Source of the DNA: an uncultured delta proteobacterium
GTDB taxonomy: Bacteria; Myxococcota; Myxococcia; Myxococcales; Myxococcaceae
NCBI GenBank assembly: GCA_963771175.1
Contig: CAVYSY010000040.1
Location: forward strand, 64,001 to 128,000
Reading direction: 5' to 3'
Length of the DNA: 64,000 nt
The notes under the pieces are model-generated. The model saw only the letters and a list, made by a program, of their open reading frames with translations. It was not told where the DNA came from and did no database searches. Made by a program: the position numbers and the translations under genes. Below, in pieces: positions 24,677 to 34,678 of the stretch (position 1 is the stretch's first letter; the number at the start of each line of letters is the position of its first letter).

Positions 24677-25588
24677 TCAGTGGGCGCCGGAAGCGCGCCG
24701 GCGGGTGCGGGCGCGGATGAGCACCGCGATGAGGTTGAGGGCGAAGGTGAGCGCGAGCAGCACCAGCACCGTTGCGTACAGCAGCGGCCGCGTGGCCTCC
24801 ACATCCGGCGACTGCGTGGCCAGCACGTAGGTGTGGTAGCCCAGGTGCATGAACTGGGAGTTCAGCCTGTTGGGCAGGTCGGGGAGGAAGTAGGCGGCTC
24901 CGGTGAAGAGGATGGGCGCCACCTCGCCCGCGCCGCGGGACACCGCCAGCACGGCGCCGGTGAGGATGCCCGGCAGCGCACCTGGCAGCACCACCCGCGC
25001 CAGCGTCTGGGACCGGGTGGCCCCCAGCGCCAGACTCGCCGTGCGGTGGTCCATCGGCACCGCGCGCAGCGCCTCCTCGGTGGAGACGATGACCACTGGC
25101 AGCGTCAGCACCGCCAGGGTGAGCGAGGCCCAGAGAATTCCCGGCTGGCCCCAGTGCAGCTCCTGGTAGCCCAGCAGCCGATCCATGCCGCCACCCACGA
25201 AGTGGATGAAGAAGCCGAGGCCGAAGAGGCCGAAGACGATGGAGGGGACGCCGGCCAGGTTGACCACCGCCACCCGTACCGCGCGCGCCAGGAGCGAGTC
25301 CGGCGGTGCGTACTCGTGCAGGTACACGGCCGTGAGGACGCCCACGGGCATCACCGCCAGCGTCATCAGCAGCGTGAGCGCCGCCGTGCCGTAGAGGGCG
25401 GGGAAGATGCCGCCGCCCATCATTCCGTCCGAGGGCGGCTCGCTGAGGAAGGTCCAGGTGACGTGCCCGATTCCGCCGCGGACCACGTCGAAGAGGATGA
25501 CGGCCAGGATCGCCACCACCAGCAGCGCGGCGAGGCCGGTGAGGGACGTGAGCGCTCCGCCCACGGTCCGACGCAGGGTGTGCCTCAC
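24677..25588 (-). CDS. pstA: Phosphate ABC transporter permease
   Basis: NLAGVPSIVFGLFG, GEVAP; GTG start overlaps the pstC stop. Confidence 0.93.
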   Translation of the reverse strand: MRHTLRRTVGGALTSLTGLAALLVVAILAVILFDVVRGGIGHVTWTFLSEPPSDGMMGGGIFPALYGTAALTLLMTLAVMPVGVLTAVYLHEYAPPDSLLARAVRVAVVNLAGVPSIVFGLFGLGFFIHFVGGGMDRLLGYQELHWGQPGILWASLTLAVLTLPVVIVSTEEALRAVPMDHRTASLALGATRSQTLARVVLPGALPGILTGAVLAVSRGAGEVAPILFTGAAYFLPDLPNRLNSQFMHLGYHTYVLATQSPDVEATRPLLYATVLVLLALTFALNLIAVLIRARTRRRASGAH

Positions 25589-26601
25589 GCTCCCGCTCCC
25601 GACAGCCGCTTGATCACCTTCCGGGTCCAGGCGGATGCCACCATGTTGAGGATGAAGGTGAAGAGGAAGAGCTCGACTCCGATGAAGAACAGGAGCGAGT
25701 AGTGGGGGCTGCCGACCACCACCTCGCCCATCTCGGCGGCGATGGTGGCGGACATGGAGCGGACCGAGTCCGCGAAGTTCCACGACACGATGGCCGCGTT
25801 GCCCGAGGCCATCAGGATGATCATCGTCTCGCCGATGGCGCGGCCGAAGCCCAGCACACACGCGGCGAGGATGCCCGGGGCCGCCGCCGGCAGCACCACC
25901 TTCCACGCCGTCTCCCAGGGCGTGGCCCCCAGCGCGAGCGACGCCTCGCGGTAGCTGCGCGGCACCGCCGTCAGCGCGTCCTCGGCCACGGTGAAGATGA
26001 CGGGGACGATCGCCAGCGACAGGCCCAGGCCCGCCACCACCGCGTTGAGCCGGGTGGGGAGGCCGAAGGTGTCCTGCAGGAAGGTGGCCAGCACCATCAG
26101 CGCGAAGAAGCCCAGCACCACCGAGGGGATTCCCGCCAGCATCTCGATGGTGGGCTTGAGGATCTCCCGCAGCCGCCGCGGCGCGAACTCGGCCGCGAAC
26201 AGCGCGCTCGCCACGCCCACCGGCACCGCCACCGCCATCGACACCAGCGTCGTCTTCAGCGTGCCGATGAAGAGCGGAATCATGCTCACCTTGGGAATCC
26301 TCGACACCGGCTGCCACACGAAGGCCGCCGGCTTGCCCGCGCGCACCACCTGCGGCAGGAACATCTTGCCGAGGCTGGCCTCCTCGCGGGCGTGGGCGTC
26401 CAGGAAGATCGCCAGCGCCTCCTTCGCGATGAAGACCAGGATGAGCACCAGGGCGGCGATTCCGGTGAAGGCCATCGCCGTGATGACTCCGGCGATGACC
26501 TTCTCCCGGAGCTGCCTCCGCCGGGCGGCGGAGGAGCGCCGAGGCGCCACTGAGATCGATTCCACGAGACCCTCACCCTGCATGGCCGACTGTCTATCCA
26601 T
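25585..26601 (-). CDS. pstC: Phosphate ABC transporter permease
   Basis: LAGIPSVVLG, REASLALGAT, GRAIGETM. Confidence 0.93.
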   Translation of the reverse strand: MDRQSAMQGEGLVESISVAPRRSSAARRRQLREKVIAGVITAMAFTGIAALVLILVFIAKEALAIFLDAHAREEASLGKMFLPQVVRAGKPAAFVWQPVSRIPKVSMIPLFIGTLKTTLVSMAVAVPVGVASALFAAEFAPRRLREILKPTIEMLAGIPSVVLGFFALMVLATFLQDTFGLPTRLNAVVAGLGLSLAIVPVIFTVAEDALTAVPRSYREASLALGATPWETAWKVVLPAAAPGILAACVLGFGRAIGETMIILMASGNAAIVSWNFADSVRSMSATIAAEMGEVVVGSPHYSLLFFIGVELFLFTFILNMVASAWTRKVIKRLSGAGA

Positions 26602-26618
26602 CTTGTGCTCGAGCCTCG

Positions 26619-26634
26619 GTGACATTCTCGTGAC
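26619..26634 (-). promoter_or_regulatory. Pho-box-like site between pstS and pstC
   Basis: Minus strand GTCAC-GAGAAT-GTCAC, 11-bp period. Confidence 0.55.
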
Positions 26635-26657
26635 GCGCACGCCCTCGTCCTCCGGTA

Positions 26658-27479
26658 CTACTTCACCGGGAAGTAGCCGACCTTCGTGACGATCGCCTGG
26701 CCCTCGGGCGACAGGGCGAAGTCGATGAAGGCCTTGGCATCACCCGTCGGCTTGTTGCGCAGGTAGAAGTACAGGTCGCGCGAGAGCGGGTACTTGCCGG
26801 TCTTGATGTTCTCCGCGGAGGGGGCGATGGCCTCGTTGCCCTTCTTGACCTTCACCTCCTTGATGCCCTTGGCGTAGGCGGCGCCGCCGTAGCCGATGCC
26901 GTGCTTCTCCTTGGCGACCGCGTTCACCACCGCGGCGGTACCCGGCAGCGTCTGGGCGCTGGAGGTGTAGTCCTCGCCGTCCAGCAGGTTGTCCTTCACG
27001 AACACGTAGGTGCCCGAGGAGTTCTCGCGCGAGTAGACGACGATGGGGGCGTCCGCGCCGCCCACGTCCTTCCAGTTGGTGATGTCACCCAGGTAGATGC
27101 CCTTGAGCTGCTCCAGGGTGAGGGTGTCCACCTTGTTGCTCTCGTTGACGTAGAAGGTGACACCGTCCTTGGCCACCGGGAGCTCCGTGCCGGTGGTGTT
27201 GAAGCGGGTGCGCAGCTTCTCGCCCTCCGCGTCCTTCATGGGGCGGCTGGACATGGCGATGTCCGTGGTGCCGTTGATGAGGGCCGACAGGCCGACACCC
27301 GAGCCACCCCCCGTCACCTGCAGCTTGACGCTCGGGTTCTTCTTCATGAACTCCTCGGCCCAGCGCTGGCCGAGGATGACCATGGTGTCCGAGCCCTTCA
27401 CGGTGACGGTGCCCGCGCGGGCGGCCACCGGGAGGGCGACCAGCAGCACCACGGCGAACGAGGCGATGAGGTTCTTCAT
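26658..27479 (-). CDS. pstS: Phosphate-binding protein
   Basis: Signal peptide; GSDTM, GGGSGVG, SRENSSGT, YPLSR. Confidence 0.95.
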   Translation of the reverse strand: MKNLIASFAVVLLVALPVAARAGTVTVKGSDTMVILGQRWAEEFMKKNPSVKLQVTGGGSGVGLSALINGTTDIAMSSRPMKDAEGEKLRTRFNTTGTELPVAKDGVTFYVNESNKVDTLTLEQLKGIYLGDITNWKDVGGADAPIVVYSRENSSGTYVFVKDNLLDGEDYTSSAQTLPGTAAVVNAVAKEKHGIGYGGAAYAKGIKEVKVKKGNEAIAPSAENIKTGKYPLSRDLYFYLRNKPTGDAKAFIDFALSPEGQAIVTKVGYFPVK

Positions 27480-27520
27480 GATGGGGATTTCTCCTTGAAA
27501 AAGGTGCTTGGGGCCGCTGA

Positions 27521-28717
27521 CTAGTAGCGGGCCTGGAACTGGACGGTGAGCAGGTTGTCGCGCGGATCCATCACGCCCTCGACAGTGGCCGTGATGGGCA
27601 GTTCGTAGGTCAACGAAACCTTGAGGTGCTCACCGAAGTAGTGGAGGGCGGTGGCACCGATGGTGCCGGTGGCGTTGGTTTTGGCCGGACGATCCGAGCC
27701 GGGGGCCGCGGCGGCGGCCGGGGTGCCGTTGGCCGGATCGAAGTAGTCGTAGCGGATGGCCACGGCGTTGGAGAGGCCGAGGTTCTGCACCAGCAGCGCG
27801 TACCATCCACTGGCCGGACTACCGAGCTGCTCGGCGCCGTTGAGCATGAAGGTCTTGCCCCGGATGTACTCGCCCTTGATGGCGGTGGCGCCGACGGGGA
27901 GGAAGTCCAGGTAGATCTGCAGGTCCGCGCCGAGGCGGCTGCGCTCGTAGGCGTGGCGGAAGGCGTCCGAGGGGCCCTTGCCCATCGTGTTGCCGTACCA
28001 GCCGGAGATGCCGCCGGAGATCCACTTCAGATCGAACCCGGCGCGGCCGATGATGTCCTTCTCCTTGTCGTTGTCCACGCCGACGGAGCCCGGGGCGTTG
28101 ATGCCGTTGCCGTCGAAGACGCCGGCGCTCAGCCGGAGGGCGCCGTACCGGGCGCTGTACCTGGCGCCGCGGTCTCGCTCGTCGGGCTGGAAGGCCCGGA
28201 CGACGCGGGTGCGCTCGGGGAACTCGCGCTCGCTGGAGGACTGCACGGCCTCGTAGCCGAACGGCCACTTCATCTGGCCCACCGTCAGCGACATGTGCTG
28301 CTTCGTGCCGGGGATGAAGAGCGTCGCCTCGGCATCCCGCAGTGCCACGCCACTGGGCGAGGCGTCGATCTGCAGCACGACCTGGGCGAGGTCGGCCGTG
28401 TAGACCGCCTTGAGGCGCGAGCGGCGCACGGTGAAGCGGCTGAAGCCGCCGGTGCCGTCCTCGCGCGTCTCCTCCCACATGTAGCGGGCCTGCACGTAGC
28501 CGGAGAACTTCAGCTTCGTGAGCGGAGACAGGGCGCTCTTGATCTCCGCGAGCTGCTCCTCGATGGATGAGACCTTGCCCTCGGTGGTGGTGATCCGCTC
28601 ATCGGTGCTCGGGGCGGCGGTCTCGGAGGCGGGGGCGGCCTCGGAGGCGGGGGCGGACTCCTGGGCCAGGACGGCGCCAGGAGACACAATCAGCAATGCG
28701 GCAATCAGGTTGCGCAC
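27521..28717 (-). CDS. Outer-membrane porin, OprO/OprP-like (probable phosphate porin)
   Basis: Signal peptide, coiled-coil, KFSGYVQARY, RRSRL; C-terminal aromatic residue (QFQARY); directly upstream of pstS. Confidence 0.78.
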   Translation of the reverse strand: MRNLIAALLIVSPGAVLAQESAPASEAAPASETAAPSTDERITTTEGKVSSIEEQLAEIKSALSPLTKLKFSGYVQARYMWEETREDGTGGFSRFTVRRSRLKAVYTADLAQVVLQIDASPSGVALRDAEATLFIPGTKQHMSLTVGQMKWPFGYEAVQSSSEREFPERTRVVRAFQPDERDRGARYSARYGALRLSAGVFDGNGINAPGSVGVDNDKEKDIIGRAGFDLKWISGGISGWYGNTMGKGPSDAFRHAYERSRLGADLQIYLDFLPVGATAIKGEYIRGKTFMLNGAEQLGSPASGWYALLVQNLGLSNAVAIRYDYFDPANGTPAAAAAPGSDRPAKTNATGTIGATALHYFGEHLKVSLTYELPITATVEGVMDPRDNLLTVQFQARY

Positions 28718-28826
28718 GGTGTGGGGGCTCCAGCTGTCTTCTTCTGTCCGGTGTTCAGCGACACAGCCATTTAGAGGGCGACTGTGGCTGTTTGGCGGAA
28801 GCCGCGTGACAAATGCGCAACGAAGC

Positions 28827-29516
28827 TCAGTCCGCGGTGGGCTCGACGATGCGGTAGCCCACCCCGCGCACCGTTTCGAGGTAGGCGCGCGCCGAACCGA
28901 GCTTGTCGCGCAGGCGCATGACGTGGGTATCGATGGTGCGCGTCTCCAGGCTGCTGGAGAGGCCCCACACCTCCTCGAGGAGCTGCTCGCGGGACTGCAC
29001 GCGGCCCACGCGGGTCATCAGGTGCTCCAGCAGGCGGAACTCGAGCGCGGTGAGGGCCACCTCCTTGCCGTCCACGTAGAAGCGGTGGGCGGAGATGTCG
29101 AGCGTGAGGGGGCCGAGCTTCAGGGGCGCGGCGTTGTCGCTGGCAGTACCGGTCCGGCGCAGGATGGCCTTGAGCCGCAGCACCAGCTCGCGGACGCTGA
29201 AGGGCTTGGTGACGTAGTCGTCGGCACCTACCTCGAAGCCGCGCACGCGGTCGGCCTCCTCGCCCTTGGCGGTGAGCATGACGATGAGGACGTCACGGGT
29301 GTTGGCGGCGGCCCGGAGCTGGCGGCACACCTCCACGCCGGACATGTCCGGCAACATCAGATCCAGGAGGATCAGGTCCGTGCGCTGCTCGCGCGCGGCG
29401 GACAGCGCCGACTCACCCGTGGGGGCAACGCGGGTGGAGAAGCCGGCGGTGCGGAGATTGAAGTCGATGAGCTCGGCGAGATCGCGCTCGTCATCGACGA
29501 TGAGGACGTGGGGCAT
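28827..29516 (-). CDS. OmpR/PhoB-family response regulator (PhoP4-like position before pst operon)
   Basis: Receiver plus winged helix: GADDYVTKPFS, TRTIDTHVMRLR, TVRGVGY. Confidence 0.9.
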   Translation of the reverse strand: MPHVLIVDDERDLAELIDFNLRTAGFSTRVAPTGESALSAAREQRTDLILLDLMLPDMSGVEVCRQLRAAANTRDVLIVMLTAKGEEADRVRGFEVGADDYVTKPFSVRELVLRLKAILRRTGTASDNAAPLKLGPLTLDISAHRFYVDGKEVALTALEFRLLEHLMTRVGRVQSREQLLEEVWGLSSSLETRTIDTHVMRLRDKLGSARAYLETVRGVGYRIVEPTAD

Positions 29517-29586
29517 GGCGGCGGCGCACTCTGGGCTCCGCCGTTTGCGTCCTGGTGGCGCACTTGCAACAACCGCGTGACATCGG

Positions 29587-30087
29587 TCAAGCGAGGTGAA
29601 GATCGTCGGGGCGTAGAAGGGTTCGGCCCGGCGTGGCCATCCACGCGAGGGAGAAGTGCTTGCCCTCGGGGTGGAGGGCGAGTGCGGTGCCCTTGCGCAG
29701 CTTGTCGGGAAGCTCGTCCAGGTCCAGCGCGAGCGCGCCAGCCCGGGCCAGCGAGGGGTTGTGGCCCACCAGCATCCAGCCCGCGCCCAGCTCGCGCGCG
29801 AGTTGGAGGATGCGCTTGGGGGCCTGGGCGCGCGGCAGCAGCGACGGGTGGACCTCCACGCGGGCCAGTCCGAAGGCTTCGGCGAGGATTTCGGCGGTCT
29901 GCACCGCGCGCACCAGGGGGCTGGTGACGATACCCGTCATGGGCGTGAGGCGCGCCAGCTTGCGCGCGTGGGTGCGGAAGGCGGCGCGGCCCTCGGGGGT
30001 GAGGGCGCGGGCCTCGTCACCCAGGGGGTGGGCATCCTCGGCCGCCGCGTGGCGGACGAGCAGCAGGGGCATCTGGTGTGGAGACAT
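29587..30087 (-). CDS. sixA: SixA-like phosphohistidine phosphatase
   Basis: LVRHA, RALT, SPLVRAVQTA, LVGHNP. Confidence 0.82.
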   Translation of the reverse strand: MSPHQMPLLLVRHAAAEDAHPLGDEARALTPEGRAAFRTHARKLARLTPMTGIVTSPLVRAVQTAEILAEAFGLARVEVHPSLLPRAQAPKRILQLARELGAGWMLVGHNPSLARAGALALDLDELPDKLRKGTALALHPEGKHFSLAWMATPGRTLLRPDDLHLA

Positions 30088-30203
30088 GGCGGGCCGCGTC
30101 CCTAGGCGTCCGGGGGCGGTGTGGCAAGCAACGGTTCCGCGTCACGCCTATCCGCCGTTGACTTCCACAAGCTCCGCGTTCAGCTCCAGACCTCGTTCTG
30201 AGG

Positions 30204-31148
30204 TCAGCCGTCCAGGTCCGTCACAGTGGAGAGCGGTGCGGGTCCGTCTTCCCCCGTGGGGGCGTGGCTCTCGTCCCCCACGGCCTGCTTGAGGAGCGGA
30301 GGCGTCACCACCGGCAGCTCGATCGTGGGGGTCTTGGTGAGGGCGGAAGTCCCTGGCGGCGGGCGCAGCACCGGGCCGGGAGGCGGCAGTCCCGAGTGGC
30401 GGCGCGCGGCCTCCATCAGCGCGTGGTGGTGGCGGTAGCGCGCCTCGACGAGCTTGTGGATGAGCAGGGGCCCGCCGGGCACGCGGCGCGCGGTGAGCGC
30501 CTGGGTGGCCTTGCGCACCGGGTAGCGCACGCGGCGGATCTGCACCCGCCAGCCCTTGGGCGTGAAGGTGAAGACGCCGTAGGCCGGGCGCAGGTCTCCG
30601 TCGCGGGGAATCCCGGCGCTGGCCACGTCCGCGATCAGCATGCGGCCCACGCGGCGGCGGTAGGGGAAGTGCAGATGGCCGAAGGCCACCGCGGCCGCAT
30701 CCAGGTTCTGGAAGTAGCGGCGCACGGTGTTCTCGTCCAGCGTGGGGTCCAGCGAGTCCTCGAGGTTGCGCGGATTGGCATGGCAGACGAAGAGGTCCTG
30801 CCCCCGGCGCGGTGAGTAGCGCACCGAGAAGGGCAGGGCTCCCAGCTTCTTCAGCCAGGGTTCACCGAGCTGATCCCTCGTCCACTGCAGCAGCTCCGTC
30901 TTCCAGTGGTCGCGCTCGCGGTAGGCGCCGCCCAGGTAGTGGCCGGCGAGATAGCAGTCGGTGTTGCCCATGAGGATCGCATCGCAGCGATCGAAGAGCA
31001 GCTCCACCGTCTCGCGAGGGTGCGCACCTCGGAGGGCGAGGTCCCCGGCGGCCACGACGAAGTCGGGCGCGACGCGAGCGATGTCCTCGAGGACGGCCTC
31101 GCAGGCGGGGAGGTTCCCGTGAATGTCGGCGAGGATGGCGACCCGCAT
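30204..31148 (-). CDS. Metallophosphoesterase (PPP-like phosphatase)
   Basis: ADIHGN, AGDL, GNTD, CHA, FGHLH; 12 bp downstream of the kinase gene. Confidence 0.85.
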   Translation of the reverse strand: MRVAILADIHGNLPACEAVLEDIARVAPDFVVAAGDLALRGAHPRETVELLFDRCDAILMGNTDCYLAGHYLGGAYRERDHWKTELLQWTRDQLGEPWLKKLGALPFSVRYSPRRGQDLFVCHANPRNLEDSLDPTLDENTVRRYFQNLDAAAVAFGHLHFPYRRRVGRMLIADVASAGIPRDGDLRPAYGVFTFTPKGWRVQIRRVRYPVRKATQALTARRVPGGPLLIHKLVEARYRHHHALMEAARRHSGLPPPGPVLRPPPGTSALTKTPTIELPVVTPPLLKQAVGDESHAPTGEDGPAPLSTVTDLDG

Positions 31149-31160
31149 GGTCGCGCCATC

Positions 31161-32525
31161 CTAACCCGCCGCTGCCTCTGTGGGCACCGGCGCTGGAAGG
31201 AAAATCGTGAAGGTAGAGCCCTCGTTCGGTTGACTCTCGACCCGCACCTCTCCCCCCATGGCGCTCAGCAGGTGCTTGACGATGGACAGGCCCAGGCCCG
31301 TCCCTCCCATGTCCCGGCTCCTCCCTTTATCCACTCGGTAGAAGCGCTCGAAGATACGGGCCAGGTGCTTGGGCTCGATGCCCACTCCGGTGTCCTGGAC
31401 GTGCACCACGCTCCGTCCGTCCTCCTGGACGCCCGTCACCGTCACCCGGCCCCCCTCGGGCGTGTACTTGACGGCGTTGTCCAGCAGGTTGAGCAGCACC
31501 TGCTCCAGGCCCCGCTCGTCTCCCCGGCCCATCAGCCCCTGGGGGACGTCCAGCTCGACCGTAATCTTCTTGCCCTGCGCCTTGTGTCGGACCACCTCGG
31601 CGGCTCGGGAGACCGCCACCGCCAGAGACACGTCGGTCACCTGCAGCTTCAGCTCGCGAGACTCCAGCCGGGACAGCTCGAGCAGGTCCTCGACGAGCTC
31701 CGACAGGCGCTCGGACTGGCGGTGGATGATGTCCACCATCTTGGGGGCCATGACGGGGTCCTGCAGGGCGCCGCCCTGGAGCGTCTCGGCGTAGCCGCGG
31801 ATGGCGGTGATGGGGGTGCGCAGCTCGTGGGAGACGTTGGCCACGAAGTCCTTGCGCACCTTCTCCAGGTGGCGCAGCTCGGTGACGTCGTGGAAGACGG
31901 CGGCGCTGCCGGGCCGGTCCCTGCCCAGGGGGGTCACCCGGATGGCGAGCGTGCGAGTGAACAGGCCCTCCAGCGTCAGCTCGAGGTGGGTGGAGGCTCC
32001 CTCGCGGCAGGCGCGGACGACGGCCTCGTTGAGCGCGTCGTTGCGCAGCAGCGCCAGGGGTCGCTGGCCGACGATGTCCCCGGTCGTCTGCAGCATGGCG
32101 CGCAGCGCGTCGTTGTGGCGCACCACGGTGCCCTCGGCATCCGTTACCCAGAGGCCCTCGGCCATGCCATCCAGCACGGCGATGAGGGTGCGCGCCTCCT
32201 GGTTGAGGCCTGCGTTGCGAGCGGAGAGCTGCTCGTGCAGCGAGTCGATGGCGCCCCGAAGGCTGGCCACTTCCTCGAGTCGGTCCTGCTCACCCTCGCC
32301 GGAGCCTGCCGCGGGCGTGCCGTCGGCTCGGGTGCGGACTTCGCGGGCCAGCGTGAGGAGCTGCCTCTTGAGCGTGTCTCGGCCCACCACCAGCGTCAGC
32401 GCGGAGCCGGAGAGGGTGGCGAGCGACACGAAGAGCGCGTCCAGTTGCCAGCCCAGCAGCAGGAAGAGGACGAGCGCCCCGAAGGCGGGGACGAGCAGCG
32501 GAATCAGGAAGAGGCGCGGGGGCAT
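31161..32525 (-). CDS. phoR: PhoR-like sensor histidine kinase
   Basis: TM, PAS, DFVANVSHELRTP, NAVKY, FERFYRVD, GGTGLGLSIVKH. Confidence 0.88.
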   Translation of the reverse strand: MPPRLFLIPLLVPAFGALVLFLLLGWQLDALFVSLATLSGSALTLVVGRDTLKRQLLTLAREVRTRADGTPAAGSGEGEQDRLEEVASLRGAIDSLHEQLSARNAGLNQEARTLIAVLDGMAEGLWVTDAEGTVVRHNDALRAMLQTTGDIVGQRPLALLRNDALNEAVVRACREGASTHLELTLEGLFTRTLAIRVTPLGRDRPGSAAVFHDVTELRHLEKVRKDFVANVSHELRTPITAIRGYAETLQGGALQDPVMAPKMVDIIHRQSERLSELVEDLLELSRLESRELKLQVTDVSLAVAVSRAAEVVRHKAQGKKITVELDVPQGLMGRGDERGLEQVLLNLLDNAVKYTPEGGRVTVTGVQEDGRSVVHVQDTGVGIEPKHLARIFERFYRVDKGRSRDMGGTGLGLSIVKHLLSAMGGEVRVESQPNEGSTFTIFLPAPVPTEAAAG

Positions 32526-32532
32526 GGGGGCT

Positions 32533-33213
32533 TCACGGGGGGCTGAGCTTGTAGCCCACGCCGCGCACCGTCTCGATGATGTCGCCCGCGGGGCCGAGCT
32601 TCTCGCGCAGGCGTTTGATGTGCGTGTCCACCGTGCGGGTGTGGATCTCCGCCTGGATGCCCCACACGTCCGAGAGGAGCACCTCGCGCGTCTGCACGCG
32701 ATCCGTCCGCTCCAGGAGGGTGCGCAGCAGGCGGAACTCCAGCGCGGTGAGGACCACCTCCTGGCCCTTCACCCGCACCTGGTGGCGCGAGGTGTCGAGC
32801 TGGATGTCCCCCATGGAGAGCTGGGCCGCCGGCTCCTCCTCGATGTCCGCGCGCCGCAGCACCGCCTTGACCCGCAGCAGCAGCTCGCGCACCGAGAAGG
32901 GCTTCACCACGTAGTCGTCCGCACCCAGCTCCAGTCCCTGGACACGGTCGGACTCCTGGCCCTTGGCGCTGACGATGATGACCGGCACCTTGCGCAGCTC
33001 GGAGTCGCTCTTGAGCATGCGCAGCACCTCGCTGCCCGCGAGGTCCGGCAGCATCAGGTCCAACAGGACGAGGTCCGGCGTCTGGGCGCGCGCCTTGGCC
33101 AGTCCGCTCGCTCCGGTGCCCGCCACCTCCGCCTCGAATCCCGCCGCCCGGAGGTTGTACTCCACCAGTCCGGACAGGTCCTGCTCGTCTTCGATGATCA
33201 GGATGCGCGCCAT
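32533..33213 (-). CDS. phoB: PhoB-like response regulator
   Basis: Receiver plus winged helix (TRTVDTHIKRLR); directly upstream of phoR. Confidence 0.85.
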   Translation of the reverse strand: MARILIIEDEQDLSGLVEYNLRAAGFEAEVAGTGASGLAKARAQTPDLVLLDLMLPDLAGSEVLRMLKSDSELRKVPVIIVSAKGQESDRVQGLELGADDYVVKPFSVRELLLRVKAVLRRADIEEEPAAQLSMGDIQLDTSRHQVRVKGQEVVLTALEFRLLRTLLERTDRVQTREVLLSDVWGIQAEIHTRTVDTHIKRLREKLGPAGDIIETVRGVGYKLSPP

Positions 33214-33275
33214 CGTTCCTCCGAGCCCCCCTCGGGGCCCTTACCGATGGCTAGCAGATTGGCGGTGGCGGTTGA

Positions 33276-33302
33276 ATGACGAGCATGTGACGCCTTGGTG
33301 AC
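33276..33302 (-). promoter_or_regulatory. Triple Pho-box-like repeat upstream of phoB-phoR
   Basis: Minus strand GTCACCAAGGC GTCACATGCTC GTCAT: three half-sites at exact 11-bp period. Confidence 0.7.
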
Positions 33303-33620
33303 GGGGCTCGTCCGCTCGCTCTGCGCTCAGCGGCTGTTGAAGGGGGAGTGAGCAGGCAAGCAACTCCTGCCGATATGGCACGCAAGGGACCTCACTTCTG
33401 GACGTCCAGGAGCATGCTACATCAGCGCACACTGCTTCTGGACGTCTGGAAGTGACCCGCGCTGTCGCCGTTGTCGCGGACCCGACGGTGGCGGGCTGGA
33501 TGAGTCGAAAGACCTCACCGGGGCGGACATGGTCATGCCACGTCCTCCGCGTTCTACTGCTCCTTGCTCCGCGACATGGAGCGGGAGATACCCGTGAATG
33601 CCACTGTCTGGTGTCGGTCC

Positions 33621-34653
33621 ATGTCCCGGGCCACGAGGTACGGGGCGGTCCTGGTGTTCGTCGCGCTGCTGGCCGGCTGCGCCACCACCCCCGGCGGGCG
33701 GTCGCCGCTGTGGAACCCGGAAGTGTCACGCTTTCGAGCGCCGCTGACTCCCGCTCCGCCCTCGCGAACCCTCGCGATGATGAGCGACGTGCCGGCGGCG
33801 GGTGGGGAATCCTCCGGGCCTGCGGTTCAGGGCTACAACGTCCCCGGCCGCAATCCGGACTCGCGCATGCCCTGGGAGCTCTTCCTCGGCGGCGCCTCCC
33901 ACCGGCTGATTACCTATATGTACGGGGTCAACTACCCACGCAGCAAAGCCTACTACAATAGAGTGACCATCCAAGACATCGTTACGGAAGAGGGATTGGG
34001 AGACAAGACTCTCCTGCTTCCAGACGAGCGCAAGACGTGTCCGGACATCACTGACATCACACGCCTGGTGCTCTTCGAGGTCAAACCCTGGCATGAGCAG
34101 GGCCTTCTGGAGGGACGTGAGAAGGCGCGCGCCTACCTGGCCGCACTGAACCGGACCATCCTGGCCGGCAAACGCTTCACGGGTGGCACGGACTTTCACG
34201 GCGAAATCCTGGTGCGCTTCGCGCAGGGGCAATACATCTGGCGGCTGGAGTGGAAAACCCAGGAACCCGGAGTGGTCCTCTACCGGTGGGCCCGCAGTCA
34301 GCAACGCTTCGAGTCCGAAGCGGCGGCGTACGCGGCCGCGCAATGGCAGGAACTCACGGCGGAAGAGTTGAAGCACTATGGCGGGTGGGTGGAAAAGGCA
34401 GTGGATGACATGGTCAGCCGGCGTGAGAAACTCGCCACCTTCAGCGGGGCCGTGGGCCTCGTCATCGACCTCGTCGGCGAAGCCGCGAGGGTGGTGCTCT
34501 GGGGGGCGATCATGGAGCAGATGGGCTCAAACCCCGGAGCACAGCAGCCGCCCGCGCAGGGGGGCGGGACAGGTCATCCCCTTCCCGGCGCGGCCTCCAC
34601 CCGCTGCTCCGGCCCAGGTGCCCGCGGCCGCAAGCATGCCCCCTCCCCACTGA
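33621..34653 (+). CDS. Lipoprotein with a PD-(D/E)xK nuclease-like motif (putative toxin); frameshift near 34565
   Basis: MSRATRYGAVLVFVALLAGC lipobox; CPDITD...LFEVKP motif; Pro-rich tail ends at TGA 34653 after the shift. Confidence 0.6.
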
Positions 34654-34678
34654 GGACTCGGTTTGCTAGGACAGCCCC

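Noticed and set aside
29553..29568. Sigma-54-like GG-N10-GC (TGG...TTGCA)
   Set aside because: Poor -24 match, points antisense to the local genes, and overlaps the Pho-box-like region.
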